Positions 22,026-32,843 of a stretch of 51,586 nucleotides of DNA are shown piece by piece. Source of the stretch: an uncultured bacterium. Its GTDB lineage: Bacteria > Fidelibacterota > Marinisomatia > SCGC-AAA003-L08 > GCA-2689995. The position numbers and the translations under genes were made by a program. The stretch lies in NCBI GenBank assembly GCA_964529325.1, contig CAZGWH010000006.1:12424-64009 (forward strand). Direction: 5' to 3'. The first letter of the stretch is position 1. Each line of letters starts with the position of its first letter. The notes below the pieces were generated by a model that did not search any database, was not told the origin of the DNA, and worked only from the letters and a program-made list of their open reading frames with translations.

Positions 22026-22962
22026 TTACAGCCTCCTTTCTTGTTAATGATCTAAAGACATCTTCTAGGTTTGTTTTATAAACACTCATTTCTAAGATTG
22101 ACCATTTTGATTGAATTGCATATTTAAAGATGTCTTCTCTTGGGTCTAAATCAGATGCATATTCAATTTGAATAATATGATTATCGCCATTGTCAGAAAC
22201 CTCTTTTATTGAAATATTACCAAGCTGTGCAGAAAGGGATTCAATGCTTTCCATTGTACTATTTTTTGTTTCCAGAGTTAGGAATGTATTCCCTTTAATA
22301 GATGCCATTAATTCTTCATTTGTGCCATCTGCAACTATTTGACCTTGGTTTATTACAACAATGCGGTCAGCTGTTGCTTGTATCTCTTGAAGAATATGAC
22401 TTGAAATAATAATTGTTTTATCTCGTCCAAGATTTCGAATTAATTCTCTAATTTCAACAATTTGGTTTGGATCTAATCCATTTACAGGTTCATCTAAAAT
22501 TAAAATTCTTGGGTCGTGAATAATAGCCATTGCCAATCCAACCCGCTGTTTATAACCTTTTGAACAAGCTGAAATTTTCTTATGAAGAATGCCATTTAAC
22601 CCACATTGATCAATTACGCGGTCTAAAGCTTTATCGAATTTTCGCCCAACAATATCATAAATTCGTGCTGTAAATTGAAGCACATCATAAACAACCATTT
22701 CACCCCACAAAGGGTTTAGTTCGGGTAAATACCCAATTTGTTGTCTGATTTCAAGAGAGTTGTCTAAAATATTTAAATCGTTAATATAAACATTTCCAGC
22801 TGTTGGGACAAGGTAGCCAGAGACCATTTTGAGAGTTGTTGATTTACCAGCTCCATTTGATCCTAAAAAGCCGAGGATTTCGCCTTTATTTGCGGTGAAG
22901 TTGATTGATCTAACCGCTTTAACTTCACCATAATTTTTAACTAAGTTTTCGATTCGTACCAA
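22018..22962 (-). CDS. GldA-like ABC transporter ATP-binding protein
   Basis: GSNGAGKST, SKGYKQRVGLA, LILDEP.NGLDPNQI, SSHIL; TTG start with AAGGAG upstream. Confidence 0.93.
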   Translation of the reverse strand: MVRIENLVKNYGEVKAVRSINFTANKGEILGFLGSNGAGKSTTLKMVSGYLVPTAGNVYINDLNILDNSLEIRQQIGYLPELNPLWGEMVVYDVLQFTARIYDIVGRKFDKALDRVIDQCGLNGILHKKISACSKGYKQRVGLAMAIIHDPRILILDEPVNGLDPNQIVEIRELIRNLGRDKTIIISSHILQEIQATADRIVVINQGQIVADGTNEELMASIKGNTFLTLETKNSTMESIESLSAQLGNISIKEVSDNGDNHIIQIEYASDLDPREDIFKYAIQSKWSILEMSVYKTNLEDVFRSLTRKEAVNA

Positions 22963-23106
22963 GCATTTCTCCTTTCTTTTAAATTTTAATTTAGCTCGAT
23001 GATATGGTTAAAATGGGAAAAAGTTCCATTAATTTCGGGGGCAAATATAAAACTTTTTATCAATATAATTAAAGGAATGGGTAATTTGTTTGGAAAAATA
23101 GTTTCT

Positions 23107-24354
23107 TTATGAACTCATAGAGTCTAAAAACTCCCTGTTACTTTTTGTTCTATTTAATGCTTCTAATAAAAATTCAACGGCTTTTATCGAGGACATATCT
23201 GCAAGAAGGTTTCGTAATATCCAGGTTCGAGATAAATCTTTTTTACTAATTAATTTATCATCTCGACGAGTTCCTGATTTTAAAAGATCAATTGCAGGCC
23301 AAATTCGGCGATCACTTATTGAACGGTCTAAAACAAGTTCCATATTCCCCGTTCCTTTAAATTCTTCAAAAATCACTTCATCCATTCGGCTACCTGTATC
23401 TACTAATGCGGTTGCAATAATAGTCAAACTACCTTCGCCTTCAATATTTCGGGCTGCACCAAAAAACCGTTTTGGTTTGTGCAATGCTTTTGAATCAACA
23501 CCTCCTGATAAAATTTTCCCACTATGAGGGATTACGGTATTGTGGGCTCTTGCAAGACGAGTAATTGAGTCTAATAAAATAACCACATCATCACCCGATT
23601 CTACCATTCTTTTAGCTTTTTCAATTACCATTTCAGATACATTTACATGTCTTTCTGGTGGTTCATCAAATGTAGAAGCAACAACTTCAGCATCAACACT
23701 TCTTTGTAATTCGGTAACTTCTTCAGGTCGCTCATCAATTAATAAAATAATTAATTTTGTATCGGGGTGATTTTCTGTTATTGAATTCGCAACTTTTTGC
23801 AAAAGCATCGTTTTACCGGTTTTTGGAGCGGCAACAATTAATCCTCTTTGTCCTTTACCTACGGGTGAAATTAAATCAATTACACGAGAAGAAAATTCTC
23901 GTGAGCGAGTTTCTAATTTCATCATTTCTTCTGGAAATAGAGGAGTTAAATTTTCAAAAGGAATATTCATTCGTATTTCATCAGGAGCTTTATCATTTAC
24001 TGACTCAACTTTAAGAAGTGCAAAAAATCGCTCTTTATCTTTTGGGGGGCGAACTTGACCTGAAATAGTGTGCCCTGTTTTTAACTTAAACCGTTTAATT
24101 TGAGAGTGTGATACATAAATATCATCTGGGCTTGGTAGATAGCTATAATTATGAGATCGTAAAAAACCATAACCATCGGCAAGAATTTCCAATACTCCTG
24201 TTGCAAAAATATTACCTTTCTTTTTTGCCTGCTTTTCGAGAATATATTTTATTAGCTCATTTTTTCGTAATCCAGCAAAATCTAAAGCATCATTGGCTTC
24301 AGCAATTTTCCTTAAATCACGCATTGTTTTGCGTTGTAATTGTGCAATATTCAT
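23107..24354 (-). CDS. rho: Transcription termination factor Rho
   Basis: [47 protein letters not shown]; compact 415 aa without an N-terminal insertion. Confidence 0.99.
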   Translation of the reverse strand: MNIAQLQRKTMRDLRKIAEANDALDFAGLRKNELIKYILEKQAKKKGNIFATGVLEILADGYGFLRSHNYSYLPSPDDIYVSHSQIKRFKLKTGHTISGQVRPPKDKERFFALLKVESVNDKAPDEIRMNIPFENLTPLFPEEMMKLETRSREFSSRVIDLISPVGKGQRGLIVAAPKTGKTMLLQKVANSITENHPDTKLIILLIDERPEEVTELQRSVDAEVVASTFDEPPERHVNVSEMVIEKAKRMVESGDDVVILLDSITRLARAHNTVIPHSGKILSGGVDSKALHKPKRFFGAARNIEGEGSLTIIATALVDTGSRMDEVIFEEFKGTGNMELVLDRSISDRRIWPAIDLLKSGTRRDDKLISKKDLSRTWILRNLLADMSSIKAVEFLLEALNRTKSNREFLDSMSS

Positions 24355-24470
24355 AATTTTCCTATTGAATACTTATTATTTGTTTTGAAATTATGTGAAA
24401 TAGAGTGAAAGGATCTATCATTTAGGGGAGCAATTATAGAAATGTCCCGTCTGTAAAAATTAGGACAATT

Positions 24471-25670
24471 TTATAAATTATCAAAAGAGATATTAAATCT
24501 TTTTGAAATTAATTCTCCAAAATAATGTGTACCGACTATACAAAGGCAATCTTCAGGCATTAATTGCTTAATAAAATGATCTAAAAAGGTAATAGTTAAT
24601 TCATTTATTATTTTTAAATTGCTTTTTTTCCCAAGATTATTAAAAAGGTCTTTCGCTTTCATAAAGTTTTTAATTTTAATTTCTGCACATAAAATAGTAT
24701 CAAATTGTTTTGTGAGCTGGTGAGAAATTGAAGAAATATTTTTTCGACCTTGAAGAGCTATTAAAAGATATTTTTGCCCCGTTATTTTTTCTCTAGAAAA
24801 AGTATTCAAAAAAGCAGAAATACCATTTGTATTATGACCAACATCAAATATTATTTTCGGTTTATCTGACAATATTTGATACCGCCCAAACCAATTTATA
24901 GATTCAATGGCCTCAGAAATATGTTCTTCATCGATATTAAATTGATCTAATTCTTCAATTATTTCTAGGGCTAAACCCATGTTTTCATTTTGATGGCTAC
25001 CATGTAAAGCAATTGATAAATTTGAATGTGGTTCAGTAGTTTCTAATGGGCAGTTTATTTTTTGAGAAATATTTTTAAGAACAGAGATTACTTCAATATT
25101 TTGTTTTACTGTAAAACAGGGAATCTCTTTTTTCATTATCCCTGCTTTTTCATAAGCAATTTTTTCTAATGTGTCTCCTAAAATTTCTACATGATCTAAA
25201 GAAATTTTGGTAATTCCTGTTGCAATAGGTTCGCAAATTGTAACACTATCAAGCCTTCCCCCAAGTCCTGTTTCCATAATTGCTATATCAACTTGTTTTT
25301 TGTTAAAAAACCAAAAAGCAATAGCGGTAAGTGTTTCAAAAAAGGAGGCATCTGTTCTAATTACGCCCCTACCAAATTTGTGTAGAAAGTTGAATATATC
25401 TTGATCATTTATTGCAAACCCATTAATTCGGATTCGCTCATTTAATTTATTTAAATGGGGAGATGTAAATAACCCTGTTTTATAACCCGCTTTACGATAG
25501 ATATTTTCTAAAATTGCACAGACAGATCCTTTTCCATTCGTCCCAGCTATTTGAATAACATTTAGTCCTTTTTGAGGATTATTGCATTCAGACATTAATG
25601 CAATTGTTCGATCATGTCCCAATTTTATTTTTCCAGGGTTTAATGAATTTAGAAAATCATGTATATCCAT
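24471..25670 (-). CDS. folC: Folylpolyglutamate/dihydrofolate synthase
   Basis: IAGTNGKGS, FTSPHL...ERI, ETGLGGRLD, DH..ILG, EKAGI, DVGHN. Confidence 0.96.
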   Translation of the reverse strand: MDIHDFLNSLNPGKIKLGHDRTIALMSECNNPQKGLNVIQIAGTNGKGSVCAILENIYRKAGYKTGLFTSPHLNKLNERIRINGFAINDQDIFNFLHKFGRGVIRTDASFFETLTAIAFWFFNKKQVDIAIMETGLGGRLDSVTICEPIATGITKISLDHVEILGDTLEKIAYEKAGIMKKEIPCFTVKQNIEVISVLKNISQKINCPLETTEPHSNLSIALHGSHQNENMGLALEIIEELDQFNIDEEHISEAIESINWFGRYQILSDKPKIIFDVGHNTNGISAFLNTFSREKITGQKYLLIALQGRKNISSISHQLTKQFDTILCAEIKIKNFMKAKDLFNNLGKKSNLKIINELTITFLDHFIKQLMPEDCLCIVGTHYFGELISKRFNISFDNL

Positions 25671-26476
25671 TAGAAATTACTGATATGTGAAATATTGTCA
25701 AGCTTTTTCCCTAAAAATCGACTTCCAAGTTCTTGAAATTTTTGAGGTAAATCAGTCACAAAGAACTGAGTTTCTCTTTTTTTACAATCTGAAGACAAAT
25801 TATTATTAATTAAAAACTGTTTTATAACGGGAGTTAACGCATCACCAGATGTAATTAATTTCCTTTTTTCTCCTAAAAACCGTTGAATGTTATTTTTAAT
25901 CATTGGATAATGAGTACACCCCAAAATAATTTGACTAAAGTTAATTTTTGTTATTTCAGCCAGATATAATTGAATAATTTCATTGGTAATTTTCCCTGAT
26001 AACAAACCCTCTTCTATAATTGGAACAAATAAAGGACATGCTTTTTCTATAATTGTTTTTTTACTATTAATTTCTGAAAATGTTTTTGAATATGCACAAG
26101 AATTAATTGTTGCTCTTGTTCCTAAAACAATTACGGTATCGGTTGCGTTAGATTCCTCCGCTTTCATTACTGCGGGTTCAATTACGCCAAACAAAGGTAA
26201 ATGAAATTTAGTTTTTAGTGTTTTTAATGCAAGGGCTGAGCTTGTATTACACGCAATTACAATCATTTTAACATGATGAGATTGTAAAAATTGGACAATT
26301 TGGTTAGAATATTGTATAACTGTTTTAGAGCTTTTATTTCCGTAGGGGACTCTAGCGGTATCTCCAAAATAAATAAAAGATTCATTTGGAAGGTTTTTTT
26401 CAAGCTCTTGTAAAACCGTTAATCCCCCAAGCCCACTATCAAAAATTCCAATTGGAGAATTTGAAAATTTATTCAT
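25670..26476 (-). CDS. murI: Glutamate racemase
   Basis: FDSGLGGL, PYGNKS, IACNT, LGCTHYP. Confidence 0.98.
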   Translation of the reverse strand: MNKFSNSPIGIFDSGLGGLTVLQELEKNLPNESFIYFGDTARVPYGNKSSKTVIQYSNQIVQFLQSHHVKMIVIACNTSSALALKTLKTKFHLPLFGVIEPAVMKAEESNATDTVIVLGTRATINSCAYSKTFSEINSKKTIIEKACPLFVPIIEEGLLSGKITNEIIQLYLAEITKINFSQIILGCTHYPMIKNNIQRFLGEKRKLITSGDALTPVIKQFLINNNLSSDCKKRETQFFVTDLPQKFQELGSRFLGKKLDNISHISNF

Positions 26477-27947
26477 TTATTATGGCGTTTTCATATTTAT
26501 CTTTAAATTCAACTAAAGCATTAAATATTCCTTGAGCAATTTTTTTACGGTAACCTTTTTTATTAAAATTTTTCTCTTCTTTAGAATTGCTTAAAAACCC
26601 TGTTTCAATTAGTACATTTGGCATCGATGCTCCAACTAAAACTTGAAACCCAGCCTGTTTCACCCCTCTGTTATTTGCGCCTATTGCACTTTCTAATTCT
26701 TTTTGAATAACACTTGCAAAAAATTCACTTTCTTTTATATATACATTTTGAGCCATTGTTGCTAAGATTAAACTTTCTGAAGAGAAGTCACGATATGAAT
26801 GGTTTTTTTCTTCAAGTGTAATTACAGAGTTTTCCCGCTGAGCGACATCAATTGCGTCTTTTGATTTCCCTGTTCGAAGTAAATAGGTTTCAAAACCTCT
26901 AACACTATGGTTAGAGGTTGAATTTGCATGGATACTTATAAAGACCTTACCTCCAGATTCATTTGCAATCTTTGTTCGTTTCCATAGAGGAATGAAAACA
27001 TCAGTCGTGCGGGTGTAAATTACCTTAATTCCCATTTCTTTTTCAATTAACTTTCCAAGCCTCATTGAAATATCAAGAACAATATCTTTTTCTTTTGTTC
27101 CTTTTTGCCCCATTGTACCAGGGTCTTTGCCGCCATGTCCAGGATCAATAACAATTGTATCTAATAGCCATTTTTTTCTAATTTCTTTAATGCGTTCTGC
27201 ATTTTCTGAATGATCAACTCTAATAATTATTAATAAATCATTGGTTGTTTCATCAATACGAATATCTACATCATCAACCGCTTGTTTTAATTGAAACGAT
27301 AATTGTGCATTTTCAGCCAATTGAGTTGCTCTAATCTTTTTAATTGGACCCATTATTTTAGAATTTTCAATGACTTTTGAATTAATTCGCCCTCCTGGAA
27401 TTGTAAGGCTTAACCATTCTCCTGGTTTCTTTACAAGTGTAGAAGAAATGGAATTTAAATTAAAAGCTCCAATATTATGAACTCTAATTGAACAACCATT
27501 TGTTTTTTGATTAAAAGCAAGCTTTGTAATATTATATCTTATTAATTCCATTGAAACAATATCTATTGCTGGATCAAGAGAAGAATTAACTAAACCAAAT
27601 TGTTCTAAAACTCTAAAAAAACCATGATATGGAATAAAAAAATCATCATTTTTAAATTCCACCCATAATGGCATATGGTATAATTCATTGTTAATTCTGA
27701 AATATGAGCCACCATTATTAAGATTAATTTTAGCACCTAAAAAATCAATATATAGGGATTCAAATTCATTTAATGTTGAAGATATACCGGGCAAGGGTGT
27801 TAAGTCTGCAACTTTAATATATGGATTACCGTTTATTCGAAAAACAGGCAGAGTAATGTTTTTAATAATTGCCGATTCTCCAAATAGAATGGTTAGTTGG
27901 AAAATCAATACAAAAATAAATTTAAATGTATTAAAATAGTGTTTCAT
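26469..27947 (-). CDS. N-acetylmuramoyl-L-alanine amidase (Amidase_3, AmiA/AmiC-like)
   Basis: IDPGHGGKDPG, EKDIVL, FISIHAN, VLIETGFLSN; signal peptide and AMIN-like N-region. Confidence 0.95.
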   Translation of the reverse strand: MKHYFNTFKFIFVLIFQLTILFGESAIIKNITLPVFRINGNPYIKVADLTPLPGISSTLNEFESLYIDFLGAKINLNNGGSYFRINNELYHMPLWVEFKNDDFFIPYHGFFRVLEQFGLVNSSLDPAIDIVSMELIRYNITKLAFNQKTNGCSIRVHNIGAFNLNSISSTLVKKPGEWLSLTIPGGRINSKVIENSKIMGPIKKIRATQLAENAQLSFQLKQAVDDVDIRIDETTNDLLIIIRVDHSENAERIKEIRKKWLLDTIVIDPGHGGKDPGTMGQKGTKEKDIVLDISMRLGKLIEKEMGIKVIYTRTTDVFIPLWKRTKIANESGGKVFISIHANSTSNHSVRGFETYLLRTGKSKDAIDVAQRENSVITLEEKNHSYRDFSSESLILATMAQNVYIKESEFFASVIQKELESAIGANNRGVKQAGFQVLVGASMPNVLIETGFLSNSKEEKNFNKKGYRKKIAQGIFNALVEFKDKYENAIINE

Positions 27948-27976
27948 AATAGGTCAAAATTTATTCTTTTATTAGG

Positions 27977-29401
27977 TCAGTATCCAATATTCAACTGCAA
28001 TCCAAATTCAGTTTTTATTTCTTCCCCATTTTTCTTTTCAATACTTATTCTAAAGTGTAATTTTGATTCATTTGAAATAATAAAAGTAAATACAGAAAAT
28101 AAAGAAATTCCATTACCATTGTGTGATTTTAACCTAAATTCACCAGGTAGTCCCGGTTCATAATCATATGTTCTTAGCGACCAATTAGGTACATTATATT
28201 TTGTTGCACCTAAATTTATATTTAAAACAGAAAAATTAATGTTTTTTTTTCGAATGGAATAACTATAAGAAAAGCGTTGATTTTTATTATTTATTAATTG
28301 AATTGCTTGAAATTTTAATATCAAATCATTATTAAACTTTGAAAATGTACCCAAACGATTCATTCTAATATTACTATTTTCATTAAAAAATAATTCATTT
28401 TCAATGTACTCTTGCTCTTCATTGAATAATCGTTGCTCCCAGTCAATTCCAATATTATTAGGATAATTCTTTGTAATTAAATAAAAATAGAACCGAGAAA
28501 GTGCACGCTTTTCATTGTGTTCTATAAACTTAATAGGTTTATAAATTTCAATACCAATAGAATATTTTATATATTTTAATTTTCTTGTTAAAGAAGAAAT
28601 GATTCCAATTTCACCCATTTCTGTATTTAATCGATGAAAGTGTTTTCCTTTAAATGAAATAAAATTAGGTTGATAATATCGATAATGAAAAAACAAATCA
28701 AGCAATTGTCCCTTTTTTAAAAGAGATAAAACAACAGATTGATTTAACACTTCAGAATTAATATCAAAAGAATTGTTTTTAAATTGCGTATTTATTGCAA
28801 TTTTATTAATGAATATTGGTTTAATAATATTTATAATTAATGGTGAGAAATTACTTTTAAGAAAAAAATAATTTTTATTTAAATTATCATCACTAAGTAA
28901 ATAACTATTTATATTTTTATAATTTATTCCAATTAATATTGCATTTGTTTCTTTTGATATAACGGATGATAAATTTGATTTAAATCCCCAATTGTTTTTT
29001 GCAAGCTGATTTACTGACTCAACTTGAAATGAAGAACCATATTCAGAACCAAAAGATAATCCCTTTCCTGTATTAATTTTATATGAGCCAATTTGTAAAA
29101 AGAATAATGAATAATTCAATTTAAAAAAATATCGCTCAATTACAGGAGGTGATTGATCAATATAATCTCCAATTCTTATTCCATAAGATGTTTCATTGTT
29201 TTCTCTAAAATATCGAGTATAAAATTTATTGGCTGAATTTGATGAAATATAATTTGAGTAAATTTTTAATTTTCCAGTTTGGAATTGGTTATCCCAAAGT
29301 ATTTCACTTTCATGACGAAATTCTTCAGTTGGAAAAATTATTTCGGAAATTCCAAAAGAAGAAATTAAAATAATTAATACTATATTAGTAGATAATTTCA
29401 A
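27977..29401 (-). CDS. Hypothetical outer-membrane beta-barrel protein resembling the barrel part of FCB helix-hairpin-helix/ComEA-domain proteins
   Basis: Signal peptide; aromatic-rich amphipathic strands; GSYKINTGKGL and RTYDYEP motifs; C-terminal beta-signal-like GLQLNIGY. Confidence 0.55.
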   Translation of the reverse strand: MKLSTNIVLIILISSFGISEIIFPTEEFRHESEILWDNQFQTGKLKIYSNYISSNSANKFYTRYFRENNETSYGIRIGDYIDQSPPVIERYFFKLNYSLFFLQIGSYKINTGKGLSFGSEYGSSFQVESVNQLAKNNWGFKSNLSSVISKETNAILIGINYKNINSYLLSDDNLNKNYFFLKSNFSPLIINIIKPIFINKIAINTQFKNNSFDINSEVLNQSVVLSLLKKGQLLDLFFHYRYYQPNFISFKGKHFHRLNTEMGEIGIISSLTRKLKYIKYSIGIEIYKPIKFIEHNEKRALSRFYFYLITKNYPNNIGIDWEQRLFNEEQEYIENELFFNENSNIRMNRLGTFSKFNNDLILKFQAIQLINNKNQRFSYSYSIRKKNINFSVLNINLGATKYNVPNWSLRTYDYEPGLPGEFRLKSHNGNGISLFSVFTFIISNESKLHFRISIEKKNGEEIKTEFGLQLNIGY

Positions 29402-30134
29402 AGCCTATAATTTTTGAGACCCCTAAAGTTGGATGAATAATATTTTCAAAAAACATAGAAAAATGTTTTGTCTTAATGCGTGAAGAAAATTTCAAACTTT
29501 GTGTATATGTTTCATATCCTGCACCGACTTGAAAGATTTTTAAGATTGTCCAATCAATTGAAAATAAATTCAAACTATAGCGTCCATCTAATCGATGTAA
29601 TTGATAATTAATTTGTAAAGATGGAAACACCTTGTCATGAATTACAAATATTATATTACTTGATATATCATCATGGATAATACTTGCTGTATTTTTTAAA
29701 ATATTTTGAAATAAAACAGCGGATTTTAAATTTGGTTTTAAGTGAAAGGAAAGGCCTATATCTGCTGTAATTAAATTTGCAGAACCATAATTTTTTAAAA
29801 GAATTTGGTAATAATTAATTCCAACAATAGACCTATATAGAAATTTTGGAGGCGTTTTATAATGGAAAGAAATTTGATTTTCAGAATATATGGGGTCCCC
29901 TAATTTATTTGAATTTATTAGGAATGAATGTTTTTTTAAATCTAATTCAGCGATTATATAATTAGAATTCAGTGAATTAAAATTAAATGGAGTAAAAGTA
30001 AACCCTGTTATTTTGATTGAATTATTATAGGCCGTTAAATTTTCAATTTTAGGATTAAATGGAATTGGTTCAAACGCAGCCTGTATAACAGAGTTTATTA
30101 CTCCTAAAACTAGGGTAATAAGGACATTTTTCAT
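29385..30134 (-). CDS. Hypothetical exported, beta-strand-rich protein
   Basis: Signal peptide (..VIQA-AFE); C-terminal HPTLGVS..GFEIIY; overlaps the next gene's start. Confidence 0.65.
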   Translation of the reverse strand: MKNVLITLVLGVINSVIQAAFEPIPFNPKIENLTAYNNSIKITGFTFTPFNFNSLNSNYIIAELDLKKHSFLINSNKLGDPIYSENQISFHYKTPPKFLYRSIVGINYYQILLKNYGSANLITADIGLSFHLKPNLKSAVLFQNILKNTASIIHDDISSNIIFVIHDKVFPSLQINYQLHRLDGRYSLNLFSIDWTILKIFQVGAGYETYTQSLKFSSRIKTKHFSMFFENIIHPTLGVSKIIGFEIIY

Positions 30135-30149
30135 CTATTTTTACGTTTT

Positions 30150-30464
30150 TTATTTTATAGTTCGTTCGTCTCGTACTCTATAAACTTTCTCTCCCTTTTT
30201 AACCATTCTAAATCGTTTTCGAGCAATATTCTCAATATATTCATAATCATATTTTAGTCTGTTTGAATTTTCAGTTTGCTCTATTATTTCTAATTCTAAC
30301 TTTTGAATTTCTGCTATAAGCTCATTGCGTTTAGATTTTAATTCAAACATTTTTACTAGCCCTAAATCATTAAAAACTAAATGAATTATAAAAAACAATA
30401 ATACCGATGACCATATCAATAGTGACCAATTAGTACCATTTATATTTTTCATTTTTCGAGCCAT
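30150..30464 (-). CDS. ftsB: Septum formation initiator FtsB/DivIC
   Basis: Single TM helix, coiled coil, IENIARKRFRMVKKGE; directly downstream of eno (conserved synteny). Confidence 0.88.
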   Translation of the reverse strand: MARKMKNINGTNWSLLIWSSVLLFFIIHLVFNDLGLVKMFELKSKRNELIAEIQKLELEIIEQTENSNRLKYDYEYIENIARKRFRMVKKGEKVYRVRDERTIK

Positions 30465-31756
30465 TATTTATTAAATCCCAAGCTTTCCATGGTTGCAAAT
30501 ATAGCACGGTTGCCTAGTTTTTCTTCAATTCTTAATAATTGATTATATTTTGCAATTCTATCTGTTCTAGAAAGAGAGCCTGTTTTTATTTGTCCAACTC
30601 CAGTACCTACCGCTAAATCAGCAATTGTTGTATCTTCAGTTTCCCCAGAACGATGAGAAATAACAGATCCATAATTTGCGTTTTTAGCTATTCTAATTGT
30701 TTCTAATGTTTCAGTTAGTGTACCAATTTGGTTCAATTTTATAAGAATAGCATTCATAGAATTATTATCAATGGCTTTATTGAGTTTTTTTGGATTAGTA
30801 ACTGTTAGGTCGTCTCCTACAATTTGAACATTATTACCAATTTTTTTTGTTAATTCTGCCCAACCATTCCAGTCATTTTCATCTAATCCATCTTCAATTG
30901 ATATAATCGGATATTTTTTTGAAAGCCCAACTAAATAATCAATCATTTCAATTGAATTATATGCTTCTCCGTCAGACTCAAGATGATATTTTTTTGTATC
31001 AGGGTTATATAATTCACTTGCGGCAACATCTAAAGATAAAAACACATCTTTTTCCATTTGGTATCCAGCTTGTTTTACAGCTTTAATTATCACTTCAATA
31101 GCTTCTTCATTAGATTTTAAATCTGGTGCAAACCCACCCTCATCTCCCACGGCAGTATTCAAACCTTTAGACTTAAGAACCGATTTTAAATTATGAAAAA
31201 TTTCATTTCCTATTTGTAAGCTATGAGAAAATGAATTTGCTCCTAAAGGGTAAATCATAAATTCCTGTATATCAACTTTATTATCTGCATGTTGTCCGCC
31301 ATTAATAATATTCATCATTGGAACAGGTAATAGAAATTCACTTTCGAATAATTGTGAAATATATTCAAATAAACATTGGTTGTTGAAATTAGCATTAGCA
31401 TGTGCACATGCTAAAGAAACTCCTAAAATTGCATTTGCTCCCAGGTTAGATTTATTTTCAGTGCCATCTAAGTCTATCATTTTTTGATCAATTTCTTCTT
31501 GGCTTGAAGCATCTAATCCTAATAATTGAGGGGCAATTATATTGTGGATATTGTCAACGGCAGATTGCACCCCCTTACCCATAAAATTATTACCTCCATC
31601 GCGGAGCTCGTGTGCTTCATATTCACCTGTAGATGCCCCACTAGGAACTGCAAACCGACCAATTGTATTATTCTTCAATATCACATCAACCTCAACCGTT
31701 GGGTTTCCTCGAGAATCAAGGATTTGTCGTGCTATAACTTTATTTATTGTACTCAT
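30464..31756 (-). CDS. eno: Enolase
   Basis: True start MSTINKV at 31756. [49 protein letters not shown]. Confidence 0.99.
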   Translation of the reverse strand: MSTINKVIARQILDSRGNPTVEVDVILKNNTIGRFAVPSGASTGEYEAHELRDGGNNFMGKGVQSAVDNIHNIIAPQLLGLDASSQEEIDQKMIDLDGTENKSNLGANAILGVSLACAHANANFNNQCLFEYISQLFESEFLLPVPMMNIINGGQHADNKVDIQEFMIYPLGANSFSHSLQIGNEIFHNLKSVLKSKGLNTAVGDEGGFAPDLKSNEEAIEVIIKAVKQAGYQMEKDVFLSLDVAASELYNPDTKKYHLESDGEAYNSIEMIDYLVGLSKKYPIISIEDGLDENDWNGWAELTKKIGNNVQIVGDDLTVTNPKKLNKAIDNNSMNAILIKLNQIGTLTETLETIRIAKNANYGSVISHRSGETEDTTIADLAVGTGVGQIKTGSLSRTDRIAKYNQLLRIEEKLGNRAIFATMESLGFNK

Positions 31757-31871
31757 AATAAAAATTCCTTTTAAATTTTTGGTTTGATAAATAATAAAAA
31801 AAATTGGAACATTATCATTCATTATCAAATTGGAAACAGGGTAATTTACAAACAGGCGAACCACAGAATAA

Positions 31872-32843
31872 ATGATAATTACAATAAGAAAATATGAAAA
31901 TTCCTTAATAAAGGAATGGAATGAATTTATCAAATCATCAGATAATGGTACAATTTTCCATGAAAGAGATTTTTTAACATATCATATTGGTCGAAAATTT
32001 ATTGACCATTCATTGATGTTTTATAAAAAAAATCAATTAATTGCGGTATTCTCTGCTTCTGAAAAAAATATTGATAATAATATAATTCTTCATTCACATC
32101 CCGGAGCGAGTTATGGTGGATTTGTGTTTAATAAATATTCATTTGATTTGGTTGAATCTGTAATTGCTTGTTTTGAGAATTATTTAAAATGTACATTAAT
32201 TAATGAAGTTTTTTTAGTTCAAACACCTTCAATTTATGGAAAAAAATATGATGAAACAATTGAGTATTCATTAAAATGGAATAATTACTCAACAGAAGAA
32301 ATATATATATCATCTGCAATTAATTTAATTGGCTCCCCTCTCGAAAGAATTCATAAAAGAAAAAAAAGATATATTAAAAAACCATTAGATGATTGTTATA
32401 ATTTAGAATGGAATAATGACTTTGATCAGTTTTATCCAATTTTATTAAAAAATAAAAAGAAACATAATATTACACCAACACACTCTTTAAAAGAGTTAAA
32501 ATTATTATATAAGCGATTTCCTGAAAAAATAAAATTATTGATGCTATATAAAAATAAAACCGCTATCGGTGGGACTTTGAATTTTATTGCAAATAATGAT
32601 GTTGTAATCATATTCTATAATATGATTAATTATGAATATGCAGAGCAACAACCTGCGACACACCTAATTGTTGAGACAATAAATTGGGCAAAAGGTGAAA
32701 ATTATAAATGGCTAGATTTTGGAGTATCTCAATTACCATTAAATAATAACCCACTTACACCCCACAAATCCTTAATCCAATTTAAAGAACAATTTGGGGC
32801 GACAGGGTTTATAAGAAGGGCTTACCGTAAAAAGATAAATTGA
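31872..32843 (+). CDS. GNAT/FemAB-like acyltransferase in the glycan cluster
   Basis: [34 protein letters not shown]. Confidence 0.75.
   Translation: MIITIRKYENSLIKEWNEFIKSSDNGTIFHERDFLTYHIGRKFIDHSLMFYKKNQLIAVFSASEKNIDNNIILHSHPGASYGGFVFNKYSFDLVESVIACFENYLKCTLINEVFLVQTPSIYGKKYDETIEYSLKWNNYSTEEIYISSAINLIGSPLERIHKRKKRYIKKPLDDCYNLEWNNDFDQFYPILLKNKKKHNITPTHSLKELKLLYKRFPEKIKLLMLYKNKTAIGGTLNFIANNDVVIIFYNMINYEYAEQQPATHLIVETINWAKGENYKWLDFGVSQLPLNNNPLTPHKSLIQFKEQFGATGFIRRAYRKKIN

Noticed and set aside
31757-31933. 59-aa N-terminal extension of enolase in the ORF track
   Set aside because: It overlaps the divergent GNAT gene. The conserved enolase N-terminus starts at 31756, with AAGGA upstream.
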